In this document: in pieces, positions 58,462 through 64,000 of the stretch
Numbering within the stretch: position 1 is the stretch's first letter
Layout: each line of letters opens with the position of its first letter
NCBI GenBank assembly: GCA_034520665.1
Contig: JAXHNJ010000001.1
Coordinates: 66,579-130,578, forward strand
Direction: 5' to 3'
Length of the DNA stretch: 64,000 nucleotides
From: Patescibacteria group bacterium
Lineage (GTDB): Bacteria > Patescibacteriota > Patescibacteriia > JAXHNJ01
The notes under the pieces: model-generated
What the model was told of the DNA's origin: nothing
What the model saw: the letters and a program-made list of their open reading frames with translations, nothing else
The model's database searches: none
Program-made: the position numbers and the translations under genes

Positions 58462-59439
58462 ATGCCTATTATAGAAGTCAATAATTTAACCAAAAAATTT
58501 AAAAATTTAACCGCGGTTAATGATGTTTCCTTTAAGGTTAAAAAAGGAGAAATTTTTGGCTTTTTAGGTCCTAACGGGGCTGGTAAAACTACTACCATTA
58601 ATATACTGACCACGCTACTGCCACCAAGTTCGGGAAAGGCTAGAGTCAATGGCTATGATGTAATTAATGAAAAGGATAAAGTTAGAGGATCTATTGGCTT
58701 AATTTTTCAGGAGCCTTCCTTAGACGAGCAGTTAACAGCCTTGGAAAATCTAAAATTTCATGCTTGGGTTTATCATGTGCCCAAAGAAAAAATTGACAAG
58801 AGAATCAACAAAATGTTGAAAATGGTTGAATTAGCTGACCGGGCTAAAAATAAAGTGGAAACTTTTTCTGGTGGTATGAAAAGGCGTCTGGAAATTGCCC
58901 GCGGATTGCTTCATCACCCGTGTGTTTTGTTTTTAGATGAACCAACCATTGGCCTGGATCCACAGACTAGAAGCCGCATCTGGGAATATATACTGGAGTT
59001 AAGAAGAGCTCATAATATTACTATGTTTATGACTACTCATTATATGGATGAAGCGGAATATTGTGACCGTATTGCTATTATGGATCAGGGTAAGATAATT
59101 GCCTTGAACACCCCGACTGAGCTTAAAGAGAGTATTGGTGGTGACGTGATTAATATTAAAACCGATAATGATAAGCAAGCGGCTGAAATAATTAAAAATA
59201 AGTTTAATTTAAAGGCTAAAAAAATTGACAGTCATATTTGTATTTATGTTAAAGAAGCTGATAAATTTGTACCTAAACTTTTAAATGAATTAGATTTGAA
59301 GGTTAGTTCAATCAATATTCACAAACCAACATTAAATGACGTTTTTCTTAAATTAACCGGTAAAGAAATAAGAGATGAAGAAGCTTCAGCTTCGGATAAA
59401 ATGAAAAGAAGGCTAAAAACGAGGGGCCGGCCTCATTAA
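58462..59439 (+). CDS. ABC transporter ATP-binding protein (ABC-2 / DrrA-like exporter)
   Basis: GPNGAGKTTT, LSGGMKRRLEIA, LFLDEPT. Confidence 0.9.
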   Translation: MPIIEVNNLTKKFKNLTAVNDVSFKVKKGEIFGFLGPNGAGKTTTINILTTLLPPSSGKARVNGYDVINEKDKVRGSIGLIFQEPSLDEQLTALENLKFHAWVYHVPKEKIDKRINKMLKMVELADRAKNKVETFSGGMKRRLEIARGLLHHPCVLFLDEPTIGLDPQTRSRIWEYILELRRAHNITMFMTTHYMDEAEYCDRIAIMDQGKIIALNTPTELKESIGGDVINIKTDNDKQAAEIIKNKFNLKAKKIDSHICIYVKEADKFVPKLLNELDLKVSSINIHKPTLNDVFLKLTGKEIRDEEASASDKMKRRLKTRGRPH

Positions 59440-59455
59440 TTTTAATAATAAACAT

Positions 59456-60277
59456 ATGCAATTTTTACGTTCAATTTATATAATTTGGCTACGTGATATG
59501 CTGCGTTATTGGCGCAATCGAGTGCGGCTGATTTCTTCGATAGCTATGCCTTTGCTCTGGTTAGTTATTTTTGGCTCGGGTATGAAAGGTTCTTTAAATT
59601 TTGCCGGGCCAGAAATGGCAGCCAGTAATTTTGACTATTTGACTTTTCTTTTTCCGGGAGTGATTGGTATGACGGTTTTATTTACTTCAGTCTTTTCGGC
59701 TATTTCTATTGTTACTGACCGTGAATTTGGGTTTTTAAAGGAAATTTTGGTGGCTCCGATATCGCGTACGTCTATTGCTTTGGGTAAAATTTTAAGCGGC
59801 TCAACCACAGCTGTCATTCAGGGATTAATTATTGTGGCCATAGCGCCTTTAGTTGGTATTAAACTTTCTTTTCTTTTAGTCTTAGCATTAATACCAGCCA
59901 TTTTTTTAGTGGCTTTTGCTTTGTCTTCTTTGGGTCTTTTGATTGCTTCACGTATTAAGTCAACCGAAGGCTTTCCCATGGTAATAAATTTTATTATGAT
60001 GCCGATGTTTTTTCTGTCTGGTGCTATGTTTCCTTTAGTTAATTTACCGACTTGGATGTCTTTTGTTTCTAAGATAAATCCCGCTTCATACGCTATTGAT
60101 ATGTTTCGACAAATAGCTTTTAGTTTTATGTCAGTGCCGACTATGGTAAGCGATTTTTTTCGGATTAAGCTTTTTGGTCAACCAGTAACCTTATTCGGGG
60201 ATATTGCTATAGTTGTCGGTTTTGGCTTGGTTATGGTCATTCTCAGCACTATTGCTTTTAAAAAGAGCGAAAATTAG
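59456..60277 (+). CDS. ABC-2 family transporter permease
   Basis: 273 aa, 6 TM, directly downstream of the ATPase. Confidence 0.8.
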   Translation: MQFLRSIYIIWLRDMLRYWRNRVRLISSIAMPLLWLVIFGSGMKGSLNFAGPEMAASNFDYLTFLFPGVIGMTVLFTSVFSAISIVTDREFGFLKEILVAPISRTSIALGKILSGSTTAVIQGLIIVAIAPLVGIKLSFLLVLALIPAIFLVAFALSSLGLLIASRIKSTEGFPMVINFIMMPMFFLSGAMFPLVNLPTWMSFVSKINPASYAIDMFRQIAFSFMSVPTMVSDFFRIKLFGQPVTLFGDIAIVVGFGLVMVILSTIAFKKSEN

Positions 60278-60320
60278 AGTAATAAGCATAAAGAAAATAA
60301 ACAGAGGAGACCAACGGCCC

Positions 60321-60348
60321 TTGACCGCTATTTTTTATATGGTATACT
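60321..60348 (+). promoter_or_regulatory. sigma70-like promoter of hrcA operon
   Basis: TTGACC-N16-TATACT immediately upstream of CIRCE. Confidence 0.55.
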
Positions 60349-60352
60349 GAAA

Positions 60353-60379
60353 TTAGCACTCGGAGTGTGAGAGTGCTAA
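60353..60379 (+). promoter_or_regulatory. CIRCE operator (HrcA binding site)
   Basis: TTAGCACTC-N9-GAGTGCTAA, exact match to the CIRCE consensus. Confidence 0.9.
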
Positions 60380-60408
60380 TAGATAAAAGAAGCTAATATT
60401 AGGTAAAA

Positions 60409-61116
60409 ATGCCCGAAAAACGTCAAAATAAGATATTAAATATCATTATAAATGAGCATATCAAAGAAGCTCAACCGGTTGGTTCAGGAGCTATTGCTAA
60501 AAAATACGGTCTTAAACTCTCTTCGGCTACTATACGTCATGAAATGAAGGATTTAGAAGATAAAGGCTATATTTATCAACCATATACCAGTGCTGGCCGA
60601 GTACCTACAGAAAAAGGCTGGAAATATTATCTAGAAAACTTTTTATCAGAAAAAAAAATATCAGATCAAGAAAAAAAGGAACTGGAGCATTCATTTAATA
60701 TTAAAAGCGATGATAAAAAACAAAATGTTAAAAATTTAGCCAAAAAATTAGCTGAAATATCTAGAGAAACAGTAATAGTTGGCTTTAGTCCGGAGTATAC
60801 TTATTATACGGGTCTTTCCCACTTATTTCGTCAGCCAGAATTTGAAGAGTATGAATTGATTTGTCACATAAGTGAAGTAATAGATCATTTAGATGAAGTT
60901 ATTATAAGATTATTTAAAAATACAGAAAAAGACGATTTTAAAATACTCATCGGTCAGGAAAATCCTTTTGGAGAGAATTGCGGGGCAATAATTTCTAAGT
61001 ATGAGGATAAAAATGGGCAGGAAGGAATATTTACTTTACTGGGGCCGAGAAGAATGTCTTATGCTCAAAATCTTTCCCGTTTAAAACATTCACATTCATT
61101 ATTAAAAACAATATAA
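60409..61116 (+). CDS. hrcA: heat-inducible transcription repressor HrcA
   Basis: MPEKRQNKILNIIINEHIKEAQPVGSGAIAKKYGLKLSSATIRHEM. Confidence 0.85.
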   Translation: MPEKRQNKILNIIINEHIKEAQPVGSGAIAKKYGLKLSSATIRHEMKDLEDKGYIYQPYTSAGRVPTEKGWKYYLENFLSEKKISDQEKKELEHSFNIKSDDKKQNVKNLAKKLAEISRETVIVGFSPEYTYYTGLSHLFRQPEFEEYELICHISEVIDHLDEVIIRLFKNTEKDDFKILIGQENPFGENCGAIISKYEDKNGQEGIFTLLGPRRMSYAQNLSRLKHSHSLLKTI

Positions 61117-61133
61117 AAAAGGAAAATTAAATT

Positions 61134-61646
61134 ATGGGTAAAAATAAAACAGACAAGAAAGAAAATTCCTCTATCAATTCAGGATTAGAAGAAGATCAAG
61201 AAAGTAAAACAGACTGGGAAAAAAAAGCGGCCGAGTATTTGAATGGCTGGAAAAGGGCTAGGGCTGACTATCTTAATTTAAAAAAGGAAAAAGATAAGGA
61301 AAGAGAGGAGATTATGAAATTTTCTAACGCCGCTTTAATTATCCAGCTTTTGCCAATCTACGATCATTTAAAAATAGCTTTTGATCATGTGCCAAAAGAC
61401 TTAAAAAATAATGAATGGGTTAAGGGAATAGAAGGTATAAAAAAACAAACTCAGGATTTTATAGAAAGTATTGGTATTAAAGAGATTAAAACTGTGGGTG
61501 AAAAATTTGATCCGGAAAAACACGAAGCAGTAGCTCATGAAAAAAATAAGGATTTTAAAACTGATATAATTTTTGAAGAAACTAAACCCGGGTATAAACT
61601 ACACGACAAAGTGCTTTATCCAGCTAAGGTAAAAGTAGCTAAATGA
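61134..61646 (+). CDS. grpE: nucleotide exchange factor GrpE
   Basis: 170 aa. KRARADYLNLKKE. C-terminal HEAVA...VLYPAKVKV. Confidence 0.85.
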   Translation: MGKNKTDKKENSSINSGLEEDQESKTDWEKKAAEYLNGWKRARADYLNLKKEKDKEREEIMKFSNAALIIQLLPIYDHLKIAFDHVPKDLKNNEWVKGIEGIKKQTQDFIESIGIKEIKTVGEKFDPEKHEAVAHEKNKDFKTDIIFEETKPGYKLHDKVLYPAKVKVAK

Positions 61647-61682
61647 CAAGCTAAAGCTTGTCACCCTGTACTTTCTTCAGGG

Positions 61683-61717
61683 TCTCGTTAAATAACTGAC
61701 CAAGGTAATTTAACGAG
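61683..61717 (+). promoter_or_regulatory. 10-bp perfect inverted repeat upstream of hsp20
   Basis: CTCGTTAAAT-N15-ATTTAACGAG, followed by TTCCGGA-TAAAG-TCCGGAA hairpin. Confidence 0.35.
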
Positions 61718-61774
61718 ATTCCGGATAAAGTCCGGAACGACTTAAAATAATTAAAAGAAAGGAGGAATAAAATT

Positions 61775-62185
61775 ATGGCATTAATAAAATACAGACCATT
61801 TTGGCCGGACTTTGACGAAGACTTTTTTAAGCTGCCATCAGAAATGGGTAATTTCACCCCAGCGGTAGACGTTTATGAAGAAAAAGACAATGTTATTGTT
61901 GAATCTCCTTTGGCTGGTATCGACCCAGAAAAAGTAGATATTGAAATTGAAGATAATGTGTTAAAAATTTCCGGTCAGCAGGAAAAAGAGACAGAAGTTG
62001 AAGAAAAGGATTATTATCGCAAAGAAGTGCGTTCTGGTTCTTTCTACCGTTCAGTGCCGTTGCCAAAAGCAGTTGATGGGCCAAAAGCTGAAGCAGAATT
62101 CAAAGATGGTATGCTCAAAATTACCGTGCCTAAACGGGAAGAAGCCAAACCTAAGAAGATTAAAGTTAAGGCCAAAAAAGAATAA
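61775..62185 (+). CDS. small heat shock protein (Hsp20/alpha-crystallin family)
   Basis: 136 aa. AVDVYEEKDNVIVESPLAGIDPEKVDIEIEDNVLKISG...AEFKDGMLKITVPK. AGGAGG RBS. Confidence 0.85.
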   Translation: MALIKYRPFWPDFDEDFFKLPSEMGNFTPAVDVYEEKDNVIVESPLAGIDPEKVDIEIEDNVLKISGQQEKETEVEEKDYYRKEVRSGSFYRSVPLPKAVDGPKAEAEFKDGMLKITVPKREEAKPKKIKVKAKKE

Positions 62186-62197
62186 ATATTTAAAATA

Positions 62198-62227
62198 CCT
62201 GGAGCCTGATATGTCAGGCTATCCAGG
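62198..62227 (+). terminator. hairpin after hsp20 (terminator candidate, weak T-run)
   Basis: CCTGGAGCCTGA-TATG-TCAGGCT(AT)CCAGG. Confidence 0.4.
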
Positions 62228-62277
62228 CTAGTCAGTAAAAAAAATTACTGGCTGACCTGGCTCATTATTTAAAGTAA

Positions 62278-62307
62278 ATAAAAAAGCGGCTCGCTGAACG
62301 CTCGCCG
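62278..62307 (-). terminator. rho-independent terminator for the minus-strand small gene
   Basis: Minus-strand GCGGC...GCCGC hairpin followed by TTTTTATTT. Confidence 0.5.
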
Positions 62308-62344
62308 CTCACAGATAAAAAAATTAATTAGGACAGAGATTTTT

Positions 62345-62554
62345 AGGATAAGGTCCGGGCAGACGCTGAAGCTGAGCATTGAGAGAAATCTCTCCCTGGC
62401 CGCACGGATTGTACTGCGGGTGGAAATAAATAATCCCATCTCTGACAGAATCCAGAATATGTGGACCACTTTTTCCCCCGGAAGAGGAAATTATCCAGAA
62501 CCTTGTACCTTGACTCCATTTCCTAGGGTCGCTCATAAAAACTCCTTTGGTCAA
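62345..62554 (-). CDS. hypothetical 69-aa protein, compositionally GC-rich
   Basis: MSDPRKWSQGTRFWIISSSGGKSGPHILDSVRDG... AAAGGAG RBS 5 nt upstream. TTGACA-N17-TAATTT promoter at 62606-62634 (minus). Terminator downstream. Confidence 0.45.
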
Positions 62555-62675
62555 AAAACCCTAAGCGCAGAGGAAGATAAAGAGCTAGAAACAAATTATC
62601 ATATAAATAAAAATTTGTCAATACCATTATTAACTTAATCACTCAATCACTTAATTAACTCAATTACTTAACTCC

Positions 62676-63017
62676 ATGTTTAAAAATAACTTTAATAAAA
62701 AAAATAACTTCCAGCAAATGAAAATAAACGGACGCTGTCCAGTCTGTCAATCTATGTATGATTTTGCCAAGCTAGAGGTTTTGGGCGAAAAAGACCATTC
62801 TCTTTTACTCTATATGGAATGTACTAATTGTGGGGCTTCAGTTATTAGTATTCTATCCATGAAACCAAACGGTATGATGGCCAAAGCTATGGTTACTGAT
62901 CTCTTACCAGAAGAAGTAATAAAAATGGGCCAGGAAGAAGCAGTTTCTTCTGACGATGCTTTGAATATGCATGAAATTTTGAGAGAAGATGAACCAGTTG
63001 ATAATTTTATCAACTAG
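62676..63017 (+). CDS. hypothetical zinc-ribbon protein
   Basis: 113 aa, CPVCQS...CTNCGAS. Confidence 0.5.
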   Translation: MFKNNFNKKNNFQQMKINGRCPVCQSMYDFAKLEVLGEKDHSLLLYMECTNCGASVISILSMKPNGMMAKAMVTDLLPEEVIKMGQEEAVSSDDALNMHEILREDEPVDNFIN

Positions 63018-63084
63018 CTGATAGCCGATCGCTTATGGTATAGCGAAATAAGCGATAAGCAATTAGCACTAAGCAAAAAGAACT

Positions 63085-63255
63085 ATGAAAAAAGGATCAT
63101 GGAAAAAAGAAAGAACTACCGGCCGAAAATACTGTAAATCTGATGTTCATAGTGAACCCAAAGCCAAAACCCGTAAAAAAATCTGGGTTAGTGCTTATAA
63201 AAGAAAGGGTCAGAAAATCAAGGGCTATTTTCGGAAAAATCCCTGGTATAAATAA
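63085..63255 (+). CDS. hypothetical small basic protein
   Basis: 56-aa ORF MKKGSWKKERTTGRKYCKSDVHSEPKAKTRKK..., no clear RBS. Confidence 0.25.
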   Translation: MKKGSWKKERTTGRKYCKSDVHSEPKAKTRKKIWVSAYKRKGQKIKGYFRKNPWYK

Positions 63256-63378
63256 GACTGTCACTCTGAGCGAAAGCAAAAGAGTCTTGTAAAAAGTCAA
63301 AAAAGACTTAATTAACGGGATATACTAACTCATTACGAGTTATCAAAATTCGCTCAGGATAATAGTATTATTAATTAA

Positions 63379-64000
<622 letters not shown>

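Noticed and set aside
61651-62231. ORFs 61651-61857 (-), 61893-62084 (-) and 61998-62231 (+)
   Set aside because: They overlap or oppose the well-supported hsp20 gene and its regulatory hairpins. Translations lack features.
62420-62638. Plus-strand ORF 62420-62638 opposite the GC-rich mini-gene
   Set aside because: No promoter or RBS on this strand. GC-rich DNA leaves both strands open. The minus-strand unit has the full set of expression signals.

Overview
AT-rich bacterial chromosomal window, roughly one third GC by eye, with short basic proteins and lysine-rich tails. Gene content resembles a small-genome Patescibacteria/CPR-like organism. That lineage call is an inference (L30 is absent from the ribosomal cluster, many small genes, a serpin is present, no mobile-element genes) and is not proven. 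The standard genetic code appears to be in use: ribosomal proteins terminate normally with TAA/TAG/TGA.

Layout, start to end:
- ABC ATPase fragment.
- A GC-rich composite tRNA locus (1924-2288) with a canonical tRNA-Pro nested inside a larger RNA that has tRNA-like, CCA-ended termini.
- An accessory patch: zinc-ribbon/RDD protein, ParB-like protein, decayed ORFs.
- rpmB and an M50 protease.
- str operon (rpsL-rpsG-fusA) with an extra small ORF and a duplicated fusA 5' end; an inserted secreted protein; tuf.
- S10-spc ribosomal cluster rpsJ...rplO-secY-adk-map with no rpmD. It then breaks into ruvX, a GT4 transferase, a DUF192 protein and rplU.
- Convergent recR-ybaB and dnaB.
- An 884-aa surface protein.
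- tRNA-Lys with a degenerate 3'-end repeat, followed by a compositionally distinct (GC-richer) purB-purH pair.
- P-type ATPase; asnS; a serpin and an Asn-repeat protein preceded by a triplicated leader module; aspS.
- ybaK-like gene, scpAB, tpiA-fba-gap, tRNA-Glu.
- A surface cluster: GT4, two C39-like peptidase-domain proteins, a zinc-ribbon coiled-coil protein.
- AbrB-like regulator with an ABC-2 exporter.
- CIRCE-hrcA-grpE-hsp20-dnaK. A small GC-rich gene with its own promoter and terminator lies between hsp20 and dnaK.

No CRISPR array, rRNA, transposase or integrase was seen. All calls rest on reading the sequence and recalling family motifs; no searches were run.
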